Shown in pieces: positions 26,272 through 36,499 of a stretch of 64,000 nucleotides of DNA. Source of the DNA: Dehalococcoidales bacterium (lineage in GTDB: Bacteria; Chloroflexota; Dehalococcoidia; Dehalococcoidales; RBG-16-60-22); contig JBAZGT010000004.1 in NCBI GenBank assembly GCA_041652735.1, forward strand, positions 21,916 to 85,915, given 5' to 3'. Made by a program: the position numbers and the translations under genes. Each line of letters begins with the position of its first letter. Within the stretch, counting starts at the first letter, position 1. The notes under the pieces are model-generated. The model did not search any database, had not been told where the DNA came from, and saw nothing but the letters and a program-made list of their open reading frames with translations.

Positions 26272-27912
26272 TCAGTGAGGCGGCGGAACGCCGCCGGACT
26301 GTTTACTCACCGGCGAGGCTTCTTTTTCATGCCCTTTCACCTTCAAAAAGAAGGTCAGCACCAGACCTACCAGCAAGATGAAGAAACCTATCAAAAATGC
26401 CTCGGCGATAGAGGAGGCCAGCGCCCGGTGCAGGGTGTCCATAACCTGGTCGAACACCGAGGCATCCAGTCCCGGCTGGGTAAGCATTTCTTTGAGCTGG
26501 GCCTGCGCCTCGGGGCTGACCAGCGCCTGGGGATTATGGGCCATGGCGATAATACTATCCATCGGCACGGCATCCTTGACGGCTGCCGGAATCTGGTTGA
26601 TAAAAGCCGAGAAAAACCGGTTATTCATTATCGACCCTAAAACGGCCAGGCCGACGGCCCCGCCGAAGGAGCGGATGAAGGTGTTGGAAGAAGTAGCCAC
26701 CCCGAGCATGCTATATGGTACGGTGTTCTGAATGGCGAGCGTATAGACCGGGAAGGAAATGCCCATGCCGAACCCGGTAATGACCACGCCGGTCATCACC
26801 TGCCAGTAATGCGATGCGGGGCTGAGGCGGCTGAGGGTGAACATCCCCGCACAAATCAAGGACATGGAAATGATACCCAGTATCCGGTAATGCACCTTGG
26901 GTGTGGACATCAGGCGTCCCGTGATGATGCCGGAAATCATCACGGCTATTGATTGCGGTATCTGCATGTTACCGCTGGCCGTCGCGGAAGCCCCCAGCAC
27001 CCCCTGGAAGAAAAGCGGCACGAAGATTATCGACCCGAACATGCCCATCCCCACCAGGAAAGATACCAGGTTGGATATAGCTACAATCCGGTTCTTCATC
27101 ATGGACAGGGGAATGATAGGCTCCGGCGAACGCATTTCAAAAAAGATGAACAGGCCCAGCATCAACGCGGCGAAAGCAAACATCCCGATTATCTGGGGGG
27201 AACCCCAGGCGTAGGTCACGCCGCCCCAGGACAAAGCCAACATCGCCGGGACAATCGTCAGCACCAGGGTAATCAGCCCCGGGATATCTATGGAATGCTT
27301 CAGACTATCCGCTTTGAATTTGGGGAAGAATTTGATAAAGGCCAGGACTACGAACACTCCCAGGGGTACGTTGATGAAAAACACCCAGTGCCAGGAGAGA
27401 TTATCCGTCAGGAGGCCGCCGGTGCTCGGCCCGATGACCGAGGCAAAGCTGAAAACCGCGGTCATCAGCCCCTGGTATTTTCCCCGCTCCCGCGGCGGGA
27501 AGATATCCGCGATGACCGTGAAGGCATTGGTCATCATTACCCCGCCGCCGATGCCCTGGAGGCCGCGGAAAATAATCAGCTGGGTCATGTTCTGGGCGAA
27601 GCCGCAGGCCAGCGAGAACGCCACGAAAATGCCGATGCCGATTACATAAAAAGTCTTGCGGCCGTACATATCGGAGAGTTTGCCCACTATCGGCACGGTC
27701 ACGGCCGAGGTAATCATGTATATGGAGGTTACCCAGGTGTACTGGCTGAAACCGCTGAGGTCGGCGATGATGCGCGGCATCGCCGTGCCGACTATGGTCT
27801 GGTCCAGGGCGCTTAGTAACATGGCCAGCATGACGCCGGCCATGGTCCAGCGTACCTGGCTCTTGGTAAATGTGTAGGCGTGCTCCGGGGCGGAAAGGCC
27901 GCTATTTTGCAT
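26272..27912 (-). CDS. MFS transporter, DHA2 (EmrB/QacA-like, 14-TM) drug:H+ antiporter family
   Basis: ORF track. 546 aa, ...LDQTIVGTAMPRI...GKLSDMYGRK.... It overlaps the marR stop. Confidence 0.82.
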   Translation of the reverse strand: MQNSGLSAPEHAYTFTKSQVRWTMAGVMLAMLLSALDQTIVGTAMPRIIADLSGFSQYTWVTSIYMITSAVTVPIVGKLSDMYGRKTFYVIGIGIFVAFSLACGFAQNMTQLIIFRGLQGIGGGVMMTNAFTVIADIFPPRERGKYQGLMTAVFSFASVIGPSTGGLLTDNLSWHWVFFINVPLGVFVVLAFIKFFPKFKADSLKHSIDIPGLITLVLTIVPAMLALSWGGVTYAWGSPQIIGMFAFAALMLGLFIFFEMRSPEPIIPLSMMKNRIVAISNLVSFLVGMGMFGSIIFVPLFFQGVLGASATASGNMQIPQSIAVMISGIITGRLMSTPKVHYRILGIISMSLICAGMFTLSRLSPASHYWQVMTGVVITGFGMGISFPVYTLAIQNTVPYSMLGVATSSNTFIRSFGGAVGLAVLGSIMNNRFFSAFINQIPAAVKDAVPMDSIIAMAHNPQALVSPEAQAQLKEMLTQPGLDASVFDQVMDTLHRALASSIAEAFLIGFFILLVGLVLTFFLKVKGHEKEASPVSKQSGGVPPPH

Positions 27913-28414
27913 TGTCTTTAGATATCCATTCTGTCTTGCCCGGGTCCTGGTTGGGTTTACCGCGGCTGCCCAGCTTGGGGCCGATTTCCTTAAGCTTACT
28001 TAATGATACGGCCAGCTCTTCCAGCTCTTTTTCGGTCAGGTAGGCAAGCATGATTCTGACATTGTTTTTTAAAAATTCGTCACATCGTTTAAAGGTCTCT
28101 TTGCCCTTGGGGGTTAATATCACATCGGTAATCCGGCGGTCATTGATGTTGGCGGCCTTCTCCACCAGTCCGGCTTTGACCATCTGGTTCAATAAATAGG
28201 TCATCTGCGGCTTGGGAATCAGGAAGGTATTCGCGATTTCTGAAATAGGCAATATATTCTCGTTGAGCAGCGCCATGATGCCGATGTGCAGACGTGAAAT
28301 GTGGATGTCGCCTTCGATATCCGGCGGGTCTATCTTCATCAATTTCTTGTGAATTACCGGAATAGCGTAAAACAGATTCTCAACGATATTTTCGATGGTA
28401 TCCTGGGTATTCAT
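27902..28414 (-). CDS. MarR-family transcriptional regulator
   Basis: ORF track. ...ISEIANTFLIPKPQMTYLLNQMVKAGLVEKAANINDRRITDVILTPKG (winged HTH). Confidence 0.85.
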   Translation of the reverse strand: MNTQDTIENIVENLFYAIPVIHKKLMKIDPPDIEGDIHISRLHIGIMALLNENILPISEIANTFLIPKPQMTYLLNQMVKAGLVEKAANINDRRITDVILTPKGKETFKRCDEFLKNNVRIMLAYLTEKELEELAVSLSKLKEIGPKLGSRGKPNQDPGKTEWISKDNAK

Positions 28415-28439
28415 GAAAGATTTATCCGGATAAGACGGA

Positions 28440-28479
28440 ATAGTTACTAATGTTAACTATTATAGCGTAAATAGCTATA
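28440..28479. promoter_or_regulatory. two adjacent palindromes upstream of marR (candidate MarR operators)
   Basis: ATAGTTA-N7-TAACTAT at 28440-28460 and TATAGC-N7-GCTATA at 28461-28479. They lie 26-65 nt upstream of the marR ATG. Confidence 0.45.
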
Positions 28480-28539
28480 AATGGCAATAGCGGATAACCG
28501 GTTCCGTCTAGATTTTGCGTATTTTCCGTACCCCGCTCC

Positions 28540-29109
28540 CTAGAGCAGCCTCAGCCCGTATTCCACCAGGCTCCTGGCCTTGGATTTGCCGCTGCCCACG
28601 TATTTATCCAGCTCCTGCCAGAATTTCCGGCTGTGATTGTGCAGTCGGGTGTGGACCAGCTCGTGCAGGATGACATAATCAAATAGCTCCGGAGGCAGGG
28701 CTATCAGCTTGATATTGAGGCTGATATTGCCCTTGCCGGAGCAGCTGCCCCAGCGCGTCCGCTGGTTACGGATGGATACCTTGCCGAACTTGAATCCGTG
28801 CTGCTGCGCCAGCAGCCGCAAGCGGGCGGTGATTTGCTGCCTGGCCGCCGCTTTGTCTATGGTGGAAAAAGCATCCTGGGAAGCCTTCTTTTGCTCTTCA
28901 TAAGTCTGGATTTTGGTCAGGTGCTTCTTTATCCATTGCTTCTTGGTATTGACAAAGTCCAGCGCCGCGGTGAAAGAGGTGTGCCGCGGCACGGCCACCC
29001 TCACGCCTTGGCCGGGGCGTACGGAAATGACGATGCGCCGGGCGCGGGCGCTGGGCTGCAACAGCACCGCGCCGATGCCCTCTACCTGTACCGTCCGGGA
29101 ATCAGCCAT
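28540..29109 (-). CDS. YgjP-like (DUF45 / M48-type) metal-dependent hydrolase
   Basis: ORF track. ...ISIRNQRTRWGSCS...HELVHTRLHNHSRKFW (HExxH). Confidence 0.75.
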   Translation of the reverse strand: MADSRTVQVEGIGAVLLQPSARARRIVISVRPGQGVRVAVPRHTSFTAALDFVNTKKQWIKKHLTKIQTYEEQKKASQDAFSTIDKAAARQQITARLRLLAQQHGFKFGKVSIRNQRTRWGSCSGKGNISLNIKLIALPPELFDYVILHELVHTRLHNHSRKFWQELDKYVGSGKSKARSLVEYGLRLL

Positions 29110-29186
29110 TATAAATATATTTTACCCGTTTTCCACCGCGCGAATAAAGGAAAGCTTGGGCGTGGGTGGGGGTAAAACAGGGGATT

Positions 29187-30626
29187 TTATTCTCCGGCGA
29201 ACCGGGGCGCCGGGAGTTCCGCCCCGCTTTTCCTGGTAAGCATCCTGGCCAGGATGATGATGGTTATATAAAAAAAGTAGGTCCACAGGCTGCGCCAGGC
29301 AAAGAAGAAGGGCAGCACCGCCAGTACCAGCGCGGTATCCGGGTAGCGCCGGCAGTACTTCCAGTACCAGACGATGGCCCCGGCGAACGCCGTCACTTCC
29401 ATGATGGTGAAAGGCAGCGCCGACCGTACATTTAGTACCCCGCCCGTCACGAAGGAGATAAGCCCCACCCCGATGGGGAACATCGGCTGCGCCATGGGGG
29501 CAGTCAGGGATTTCAGCCAGAGCGCCGGGTCCCGGACGATGAAGTAGCCGTTAGCTGCCAGGAATATCGCGGCGATAATCCCGGTGGCCGCGGCGGCGTA
29601 CCTGGCGCCTGATGTACGCCATATCAGGATAAGGTAAAAAGGCAGGAAGAACCAGGCCGTTTGCTTGGTGGCCACCGCCACGCCCATGAAGATAGCGGAA
29701 AGCCAGTCGTTCTCCCCCAGGGTAATCCAGGCGATGAGCAGGAACGGGAAGATGAGGCTGCCGGTCTCGCCGATACTCATGCTATTCCACAGTTCCAGGC
29801 TGATAAGCACTATGCCGATGAAGAAAAGACGCCTCCCGGCGGGCACCCGCCAGGCCACGTAAACCAGCCCGGCGACGATGTAGATAAAGTATATCCACCT
29901 GATATCTTTGATGCCGATAGACAGGAACGGCGTCAGCAGCAGAAAAGAGCCGGACGGGTAACAGACGTGCGACTCTATTTCCGGGGGCGGCGCGGAGGGG
30001 TGCTGTAATGCCGCGTTCCATACGTCCTTAAGCTGCTGTGGGGTGGGGTAGGGGAATACGTCCGCCAGCCGCCCCTTTTGCAGCGGCGTAATGCGGTCGT
30101 AGGAGCCGTTGTATTTTATGAAAGCGGTGACGATATTCGCCGCGGCGTAGGGGTTCTGGCCGTCGAGCAGGTTTTCCGCGGCCTGCTGACTCAGCGCCGT
30201 GCCGTCATTGTACTGGAAGCCGTGCTGCATCTGCTCCAGTGACTTGGAGAAGTCATTGCTGGCGCCGCTCTTGGTATAGCCGGGCGCAAAAAGCCCCAGC
30301 ACGAACAGCTCCCCCACCCCCGTCGCCAGCACGATCACCAGGATAATCATCGCCCCCCGCCTCAGCCCCCCGTAATGGCGCCGGACGCCCATATCCGTTT
30401 CCGGCGTCACGATGAGGAACATCACCCAGAACCAGAGCAACCACAGGACCATGCCCCCCAGCCAGAAGGCCGCTTTATTGGCGGCAAACCCCACCCCGGA
30501 AATGGCGCAGGCAATCAGCTGGATGGCGATGGCAAAGGGGAAGAGCGTAACCCGCGGCGTTACGTCGGGAGGGAAAAAGGTAAACCCTTTCTTCGCGTTA
30601 TTCGAAGGAGTTAAGCTGTTTTCCAT
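29187..30626 (-). CDS. large polytopic membrane protein, possibly a GT-C/DUF2029-like glycosyltransferase
   Basis: ORF track. 479 aa with more than 10 hydrophobic spans and an extracytoplasmic loop carrying ...AENLLDGQNPYAA.... The function call is weak. Confidence 0.55.
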   Translation of the reverse strand: MENSLTPSNNAKKGFTFFPPDVTPRVTLFPFAIAIQLIACAISGVGFAANKAAFWLGGMVLWLLWFWVMFLIVTPETDMGVRRHYGGLRRGAMIILVIVLATGVGELFVLGLFAPGYTKSGASNDFSKSLEQMQHGFQYNDGTALSQQAAENLLDGQNPYAAANIVTAFIKYNGSYDRITPLQKGRLADVFPYPTPQQLKDVWNAALQHPSAPPPEIESHVCYPSGSFLLLTPFLSIGIKDIRWIYFIYIVAGLVYVAWRVPAGRRLFFIGIVLISLELWNSMSIGETGSLIFPFLLIAWITLGENDWLSAIFMGVAVATKQTAWFFLPFYLILIWRTSGARYAAAATGIIAAIFLAANGYFIVRDPALWLKSLTAPMAQPMFPIGVGLISFVTGGVLNVRSALPFTIMEVTAFAGAIVWYWKYCRRYPDTALVLAVLPFFFAWRSLWTYFFYITIIILARMLTRKSGAELPAPRFAGE

Positions 30627-30713
30627 GGCCGACTCTCAAATGGTTCGTTCCCATTTTAAGACGGAAGCCTGAAAGATTCAATACGGCGCCGGGCGGCGCT
30701 GTTTTCCGGGCAA

Positions 30714-30758
30714 CAAAAAGCGCCGGGTTCCTGACATTATCAGAGAAATACCGGCGCT
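30714..30758 (-). terminator. rho-independent terminator candidate after rpsI
   Basis: Read on the minus strand: AGCGCCGG, a 24-nt loop, CCGGCGCT, then TTTTTGTTG. It begins 23 nt after the rpsI stop. Confidence 0.55.
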
Positions 30759-30780
30759 TATTATCGCTAAAATTGTTCCT

Positions 30781-31176
30781 TTAACGCTTGGTGTACTGCG
30801 GCGCTTTGCGGGCCCGTTTGAGTCCGGGCTTCTTGCGTTCCTTGGCGCGGGCGTCCCGGGTGAGCAGCCCGTTCTGCCGTAGGACCGGCTTGAAGCGCTC
30901 ATCGGCGCGGACCAGGGCGCGGGAAATACCGTGGGAGATGGCGCCGCTCTGGCCGGTGACGCCGCCGCCCGCCGTCTTGATGACCGCGTTGTATTTGCCG
31001 ACGCTCTCGGTGGCGATGAACGGCTGGTTGATGACCCGCTGGTGCTCCAGGGAGGGGAAGCGCTCTTCCAGCGGCTTGCCGTCAATGATAATGGCGCCGT
31101 TCCCGGCCATCAGTTTTACCTGCGCTACCGCCGTCTTGCGGCGGCCTGTCCCGTGAAAATAGCTCTGTTTATCCAT
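30781..31176 (-). CDS. rpsI: 30S ribosomal protein S9
   Basis: ORF track. ...GTGRRKTAVAQV...ARAKERKKPGLKRARKAPQYTKR. Confidence 0.95.
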   Translation of the reverse strand: MDKQSYFHGTGRRKTAVAQVKLMAGNGAIIIDGKPLEERFPSLEHQRVINQPFIATESVGKYNAVIKTAGGGVTGQSGAISHGISRALVRADERFKPVLRQNGLLTRDARAKERKKPGLKRARKAPQYTKR

Positions 31177-31191
31177 ATCAGCCCAATCCCT

Positions 31192-31629
31192 TTATTTTGA
31201 TTCCTTTACTTTTTCGGTTTTCGCCTTCGGCGCGTTGGGATAGTCCGCTCCGGCATAGACCCGGAGTTTCTTGTACATCTGTGCGCCCAGGCGGGTGTGG
31301 GGGAGCATCCCTTTAACGGCGTACTCAATGGGCCGAACGGGGAACTTGTCCATCATCTTGCCCAGGGTGATGCTCTTGAAACCGCCTGGGTAGTTGGAGT
31401 GGCGGTAATAAGTCTTCTGTTCCATTTTCTTGCCGGTCACGCGCACCTTGGCCGCGTTGATGACGATGACGAAGTCCCCGGTATCCAGCGTGGGCGTGTA
31501 GATGGGCTTATGTTTGCCCATCAGCAGCCGGGCTATCTGGATGGAGAGCCTCCCCAGGGTCTTGTCCGCGGCGTCGATGACGTGTGTTTCACGTTTGAAA
31601 TCGACCGGTCTGGCGCTGTATGTTTTCAT
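31192..31629 (-). CDS. rplM: 50S ribosomal protein L13
   Basis: ORF track. ...HVIDAADKTLGRLSIQIARLLMGKHKPIYTP... Confidence 0.95.
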   Translation of the reverse strand: MKTYSARPVDFKRETHVIDAADKTLGRLSIQIARLLMGKHKPIYTPTLDTGDFVIVINAAKVRVTGKKMEQKTYYRHSNYPGGFKSITLGKMMDKFPVRPIEYAVKGMLPHTRLGAQMYKKLRVYAGADYPNAPKAKTEKVKESK

Positions 31630-32414
31630 TTTTTATCTCCCTCGAAGGGACGAGGATAGGTTATCTTTACCAGGCATAATCCCTGTGCCGGCGCCGTTGG
31701 CCCGGCCAGTCCGGGCGTAGCGGATTCAATCATGCTGTAAAATTCATCTACCGTCATTTTACCCTGTCCCACCTTGATTAAAGAACCTGCCGTATTGCGT
31801 ACCTGATGGGTTAAGAAGGCGTTGGCCGTAATGTCGAAGTACACCAACTCCCCATCCTGTGTTATTGCCGCTTTAAATACATCCCTTACGGTGCGTTTTT
31901 GCCGGGCCGTTTCCGCGCTGGCTACGAAAGAGGCGAAGTCGTGCCTTCCGATAAGCCCCCGGCAGGCCGCCTGCATCGCCGCGATGTCCAGGTCTCCGCT
32001 CACTTTGTAAGAGCGCCCCTGCCGCAGCGGCGAGCGCGCCGGACTGTTCAGTATCGTGTACCGGTATTCCCGGCTCACCGCGCGCCGCCTGACATCAAAG
32101 GCTTCCGCCGTTTGGTAGGCCCGCTGCACCGCGATACACGCCGGTAAATAGTGGTTCATGCCGTCGATATAGGACTTGAGGGGCAGGGGGTTGGCGGTAT
32201 CGAAGCAGACCACCTGTCCCGCGGCGTGAACACCGGCATCCGTCCGGCTGGCCGTTTTAATTCTTATCCTTTCCCTGGTTAGTTTATATAGCGCTTTTTC
32301 TATTTCTCCCTGGATTGTAGGAGCATTGGCCTGCAACTGGGAGCCGTGGTAATCAGTGCCGTCATATTCAATAATTAAAATAATCCTGGTGCCTGCATCA
32401 GAGCCTGCCACCAT
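31626..32414 (-). CDS. truA: tRNA pseudouridine(38-40) synthase
   Basis: ORF track. ...IEYDGTDYHGSQLQ...ASRTDAGVHA.... Its stop overlaps the rplM start. Confidence 0.9.
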   Translation of the reverse strand: MVAGSDAGTRIILIIEYDGTDYHGSQLQANAPTIQGEIEKALYKLTRERIRIKTASRTDAGVHAAGQVVCFDTANPLPLKSYIDGMNHYLPACIAVQRAYQTAEAFDVRRRAVSREYRYTILNSPARSPLRQGRSYKVSGDLDIAAMQAACRGLIGRHDFASFVASAETARQKRTVRDVFKAAITQDGELVYFDITANAFLTHQVRNTAGSLIKVGQGKMTVDEFYSMIESATPGLAGPTAPAQGLCLVKITYPRPFEGDKK

Positions 32415-32431
32415 TTTCCCCCGGATGGCCG

Positions 32432-32782
32432 CTAGACCAGCTCCAGCTGGGCCATGGGCGCATTATCCCCGAGGCGCGGCGACAGCTTGGTCAGGCGGGT
32501 ATAGCCGCCGGGGCGCTCCTTGTAGCGCGGGCCGAGCTCGGAAAATACCTTATCGGCCACTTTCTTATCCAGGATGAAAGCCAGCGCCTGGCGGTAGGAA
32601 TGCAGGCCGCTTTGCTTGCCCAGGGTAATCATCTTTTCCGCCATGCCGCGCACTTCCTTGGCTTTAGCCTCGGTGGTGACGATTTTCTCATGCTTCAGCA
32701 AAGCGGTGACCAGGTTGCGGTACAGCGCCCTGCGGTGGCCGGAATCCCGGCCCAGTCTTCTGCCAGCTACATTATGCCTCAT
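32432..32782 (-). CDS. rplQ: 50S ribosomal protein L17
   Basis: ORF track. [24 protein letters not shown]... Confidence 0.95.
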   Translation of the reverse strand: MRHNVAGRRLGRDSGHRRALYRNLVTALLKHEKIVTTEAKAKEVRGMAEKMITLGKQSGLHSYRQALAFILDKKVADKVFSELGPRYKERPGGYTRLTKLSPRLGDNAPMAQLELV

Positions 32783-32806
32783 GTTAATGGTTCTCCGTGT
32801 TAAAGG

Positions 32807-33874
32807 TTATTCCTCGTCAGACTCATCATCTTCAGCGTCCGCCTTGACGGCCGCCTTCTTCTTCTTGGTCTTGGCCTTGGGTTCTTCTTCCTCGGCCGCG
32901 GGCGTCTCCGCCTCTGCCTCTACCTCTGCCTCAAAATCTTCATTCTTGGGGTTCAGGGAAAGCCCGATGGCGGTAAGCCGGTCCTCTATTTCCTGGAAAG
33001 ACTTCTGCCCGAAGTTGCGCAGCTTGAGCAACTCTTTGGTGCCCTTGCCGATAAGCTCGCCGACGGTGGAGATGTTGCTGCGGCGCAGGCAGTTCATGGT
33101 GCGTACCGAGAGGTCCAGCTGCTCTACGGGCATGTTGAATTTCTCATCCGGGATGGCCAGGCGGATGGCGCGCTCCTCGTCCTTCATCTGGGAAATCTTG
33201 ACGTATTCCACGAAGGGCGTAAGCTGCTCTATCAGTATGCCGGCGGCCTGGCTGATGGTATCAACCGGCAGCATGGTGCCGTCCGTCCAGATATCGACGC
33301 GGAGCCGCTCTCGGCTGGTCTCCCGGCCGAGGTGGGTGGGCTCCACCACGTAATTGACCTTGCGGATGGGGGTGAAAATAGCGTCCACGGGGATAGTGCC
33401 TACCGGCGTGGTATCCGTGGACTCGGCGCTGCGGAAGCCCATGCCTGTTTCCACGTCCAGCTCCACGTAGAGGCGGGACTTGGGATTATTCAGGGTAATC
33501 AGGCACAGGTCCGGGTTGGTAATTTCAAAGTCCGCGGAAGGCTTGATATCGGAAGCGCAAACGCGCCCCTCCCCCTGCGCCTCCAGCACCAGTGTGCCGC
33601 CGCGGTCGGACAGGGGCTTGAGTCTTAATTCCTTGATATTAAAGAGGAACTCCATGACGTCCTCTTTGGCGTTAGGGATAACGGTGAACTCGTGCTGGAC
33701 GCCTTCGATTCTTACCTGGGTGACCGCCGCCCCCGGAAGGTAGCCAAGCAACACGCGGCGCAAAGAATTACCAAGGGTAACGCCGAAGCCTTTTTCCAGC
33801 GGTTCGGCGATAAACCTGCCGAAGTTTTCCGCCTGTTCGGTACATTCAATTTTTGGGACTAATAGTCCAGCCAT
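32807..33874 (-). CDS. rpoA: DNA-directed RNA polymerase subunit alpha, with ~48-aa acidic/Lys-rich C-terminal tail
   Basis: ORF track. ...GFGVTLGNSLRRVLL..., with the CTD ...LSVRTMNCLRRSNISTVGELI.... The tail is NPKNEDFEAEVEAEAETPAAEEEEPKAKTKKKKAAVKADAEDDESDEE. Confidence 0.95.
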   Translation of the reverse strand: MAGLLVPKIECTEQAENFGRFIAEPLEKGFGVTLGNSLRRVLLGYLPGAAVTQVRIEGVQHEFTVIPNAKEDVMEFLFNIKELRLKPLSDRGGTLVLEAQGEGRVCASDIKPSADFEITNPDLCLITLNNPKSRLYVELDVETGMGFRSAESTDTTPVGTIPVDAIFTPIRKVNYVVEPTHLGRETSRERLRVDIWTDGTMLPVDTISQAAGILIEQLTPFVEYVKISQMKDEERAIRLAIPDEKFNMPVEQLDLSVRTMNCLRRSNISTVGELIGKGTKELLKLRNFGQKSFQEIEDRLTAIGLSLNPKNEDFEAEVEAEAETPAAEEEEPKAKTKKKKAAVKADAEDDESDEE

Positions 33875-33897
33875 TGAATTATCTCCTTTTAGTAATA

Positions 33898-34530
33898 CTA
33901 CCGCGAGTAGTACTCAATGACGGCTTTGCCGTCGAACTTGGCATCGACCTGGTCAGGCGTAGGCAGGGCGATAACCTGCCCCACCATGTTCTGACGGTCA
34001 AGGCTCAGCCAGCTGAGGACGGTCTTGGCTTCGATGTTCTCCGCCAGCAGCTTGTAATACTCGGTTTTCTGACTGCCTTCGCGCCAGCTGATGGTATCCC
34101 CTTCTTTGACGAAGGCGGAAGGGATATCCGCTTTCTTGCCGTTCAGCAGGATATGCCCGTGCATCACGAGCTGACGCGCCTGGGGGCGGGAATCCGCGAA
34201 GCCGAGGCGGTAAACCACATTATCGAGTCGCCTTTCCAGCAGTACCAGCAGGGTCTCGCCGGTGATGCCGGGCAGTTTCTCAGCGATATTGAAGGTCTTT
34301 TTAAACTGTTTCTCCAGCGTGCCGTAAGTGTAGCGTGCCTTCTGCTTTTCACGCAACTGCAGGCCGCGGTCGGAAAAACGCCGCCGCCGGCGGTTGGTGG
34401 AAGCCTGGCCGGGCGCTTTGGGACGTTTGTCAACGGCGCACTTGGGTGTAAAGCAGCGCGCGCCTTTAAGTAGAAGTTTTTCACCATTACGCCGGCATAA
34501 ACGGCATACTGCTCCTGTATATCTTGCCAT
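33898..34530 (-). CDS. rpsD: 30S ribosomal protein S4 (Cys4 zinc-type N-terminus)
   Basis: ORF track. [31 protein letters not shown]... Confidence 0.95.
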   Translation of the reverse strand: MARYTGAVCRLCRRNGEKLLLKGARCFTPKCAVDKRPKAPGQASTNRRRRRFSDRGLQLREKQKARYTYGTLEKQFKKTFNIAEKLPGITGETLLVLLERRLDNVVYRLGFADSRPQARQLVMHGHILLNGKKADIPSAFVKEGDTISWREGSQKTEYYKLLAENIEAKTVLSWLSLDRQNMVGQVIALPTPDQVDAKFDGKAVIEYYSR

Positions 34531-34542
34531 ACTATTCCCCTT

Positions 34543-34935
34543 TTAAACCCTTCTCCGCTTGGGAGGCCGGCAGCCGGCGTGCGGGATGGGCGTAATGTCC
34601 TTAATCCCGGTGATGTAAAGGCCGGAGCCCTGTAAAGAGCGGATGGCCGCCTCGCGGCCGCTGCCCGGGCCTTTCACAAAAACCTCTACCTGCCGCAACC
34701 CGTGTACCATCGCCTTGCGGGCGGCGTCCCGCGCCGCCATCTGGGCCGCGTAGGGCGTGCCCTTGCGGGAGCCCTTGAAACCGGCCGTGCCGGAGCTTCC
34801 CCAGCCCAGGGCATTACCCTGCGGGTCAGTCAGCGTTACGATGGTATTATTAAAGCTGGACTGTACATAAGCCCGTCCGGCAGGTACGACTTTACGTTCC
34901 CGCCGCCTGACTTTAATTTTCCTTTTCTGTGGCAC
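34543..34935 (-). CDS. rpsK: 30S ribosomal protein S11
   Basis: ORF track. ...[15 protein letters not shown]...[14 protein letters not shown]... Confidence 0.95.
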   Translation of the reverse strand: MPQKRKIKVRRRERKVVPAGRAYVQSSFNNTIVTLTDPQGNALGWGSSGTAGFKGSRKGTPYAAQMAARDAARKAMVHGLRQVEVFVKGPGSGREAAIRSLQGSGLYITGIKDITPIPHAGCRPPKRRRV

Positions 34936-34965
34936 CCTGTCCTCCTTGTACCGTTCTCATCCGGA

Positions 34966-35355
34966 CTATTTCTTGGTAGATCCGCGCTTCTGACCGCGGC
35001 CGGCAACTGTCTTGCGCTTACCTTTCCTGGTACGGGCGTTGGTGCGCGTTCTCTGGCCCCTGGCCGGTAAGCCGTGGCGGTGGCGCAGCCCGCGGTAGCT
35101 GCCTATCTCGATAAGGCGTTTGACGTTCAGGTTTACCTCTTTGCGCAGGTCGCCTTCCACCCGGAACTGTTTATCGATGATTTCACGTATTTTGTTTACC
35201 TCGGCCTCGGTGAGGTCTTTCACCTTGGTCTCCGGGGCGATTTCCGCCTGCTCGAGGATTTTATAGCTCAAAGCCGGGCCGATGCCGTAAATATAACCCA
35301 GGGAGACCCAGGCTTGTTTGTTGACCGGAATATCAATACCAGAAATACGCGGCAT
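34966..35355 (-). CDS. rpsM: 30S ribosomal protein S13
   Basis: ORF track. [10 protein letters not shown]...[29 protein letters not shown]. Confidence 0.95.
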   Translation of the reverse strand: MPRISGIDIPVNKQAWVSLGYIYGIGPALSYKILEQAEIAPETKVKDLTEAEVNKIREIIDKQFRVEGDLRKEVNLNVKRLIEIGSYRGLRHRHGLPARGQRTRTNARTRKGKRKTVAGRGQKRGSTKK

Positions 35356-35366
35356 ATGCTACCTCC

Positions 35367-35480
35367 TTACCCCTGCCTCTGTTTGTGCTTGGGGTTATCG
35401 CAGATAATCCTGACCACGCCGTGGCGTTTGATTACCTTGCATTTTTCACATCTTACTTTGACTGAAGCTTTTACTTTCAT
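35367..35480 (-). CDS. rpmJ: 50S ribosomal protein L36 (zinc-type), missing from the ORF track
   Basis: Own translation: [37 protein letters not shown], 37 aa. It lies between infA and rpsM as expected. Confidence 0.92.
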   Translation of the reverse strand: MKVKASVKVRCEKCKVIKRHGVVRIICDNPKHKQRQG

Positions 35481-35498
35481 GTAATTCAAACCTTTAAA

Positions 35499-35717
35499 TT
35501 ATTTGAGCCGGTAGGTGATTCTACCACGTTTCAGGTCGTATGGCGATAGCTCTATCAGCACCTTGTCCCCGGGGAGCACCCTGATGTAGTGCATCCTTAT
35601 CTTGCCCGAGATATGCGCCAGCACCTCGTGCTTATTGGGCAGCTGCACGCGGAACATGGCATTGGGCAGCGCTTCAACGACCGTTCCTTCAACTTCGATG
35701 GCTTCTTTTTTAGCCAT
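35499..35717 (-). CDS. infA: translation initiation factor IF-1
   Basis: ORF track. [26 protein letters not shown]...[16 protein letters not shown]. Confidence 0.95.
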   Translation of the reverse strand: MAKKEAIEVEGTVVEALPNAMFRVQLPNKHEVLAHISGKIRMHYIRVLPGDKVLIELSPYDLKRGRITYRLK

Positions 35718-36486
35718 AAGTCCCCCAAGTCAATACCTCCGGTTCATTATCATCAACGGCTATGGTATGTTCAAAATGAGCGGAAAGACTGCCGTCCGCG
35801 GTGAGGACGGTCCACTGGTCTTCCGCCACGCGCGTGTGCCAATCGCCCGCGTTAAGCATGGGCTCCACCGCCAGCGTCATGCCCTTTTTCAGCACCGGCC
35901 CGGTGCCCGGCTTGAGTCCGTAAGGCGGCTCGGTGGAGTTGGGAATCTGCGGGTCTTCATGCATCTTCCGTCCGATGCCGTGCCCGGTGTATTCCCGCAC
36001 CAGCGAATAGCCGCGCGACTCCGCGCAGTCCTGAATGGCCGCCGATACATCTCCCAGCCTCGCCCCGGCTTTAGCGGCGGCGATGCCTTTTTCCAGCGAA
36101 GCCCTGGTGGCTTCCATCAAACGGCTGGCTTCCGGGCTGACCTCGCCGACCGGTACGGTCACGGCGGCGTCGCCGTGGAAGCCGTGATATATCGCCCCGA
36201 AGTCCAGGGAAACTATGTCCCCGTCTTTCAGGACGCGTGTGCCGGGAATGCCGTGGACGATCTCATCGTTCACGGATACGCAGACAGTGGCCGGGTAGCC
36301 GCGGTAGCCTTTAAAGGAAGACTCCGCCCCCAGCCGCTTCAGCTCCTTGGCGGCGATGGTATCCAGCTCTTTAGTGTTCATACCCGGTTTCATCTGTTTG
36401 GTCAGCGTCCTTAATATTTCCGCGACAATCTGGCCGGATTGCCGCATTACGGCTATTTCCTGTTCTGACTTAATTTCAATTCCCAT
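35710..36486 (-). CDS. map: type I methionyl aminopeptidase
   Basis: ORF track. ...[14 protein letters not shown]...GDIVSLDFG...HGIG...EPM...EHT. Confidence 0.93.
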   Translation of the reverse strand: MGIEIKSEQEIAVMRQSGQIVAEILRTLTKQMKPGMNTKELDTIAAKELKRLGAESSFKGYRGYPATVCVSVNDEIVHGIPGTRVLKDGDIVSLDFGAIYHGFHGDAAVTVPVGEVSPEASRLMEATRASLEKGIAAAKAGARLGDVSAAIQDCAESRGYSLVREYTGHGIGRKMHEDPQIPNSTEPPYGLKPGTGPVLKKGMTLAVEPMLNAGDWHTRVAEDQWTVLTADGSLSAHFEHTIAVDDNEPEVLTWGTYG

Positions 36487-36499
36487 GATATGATTTCGC

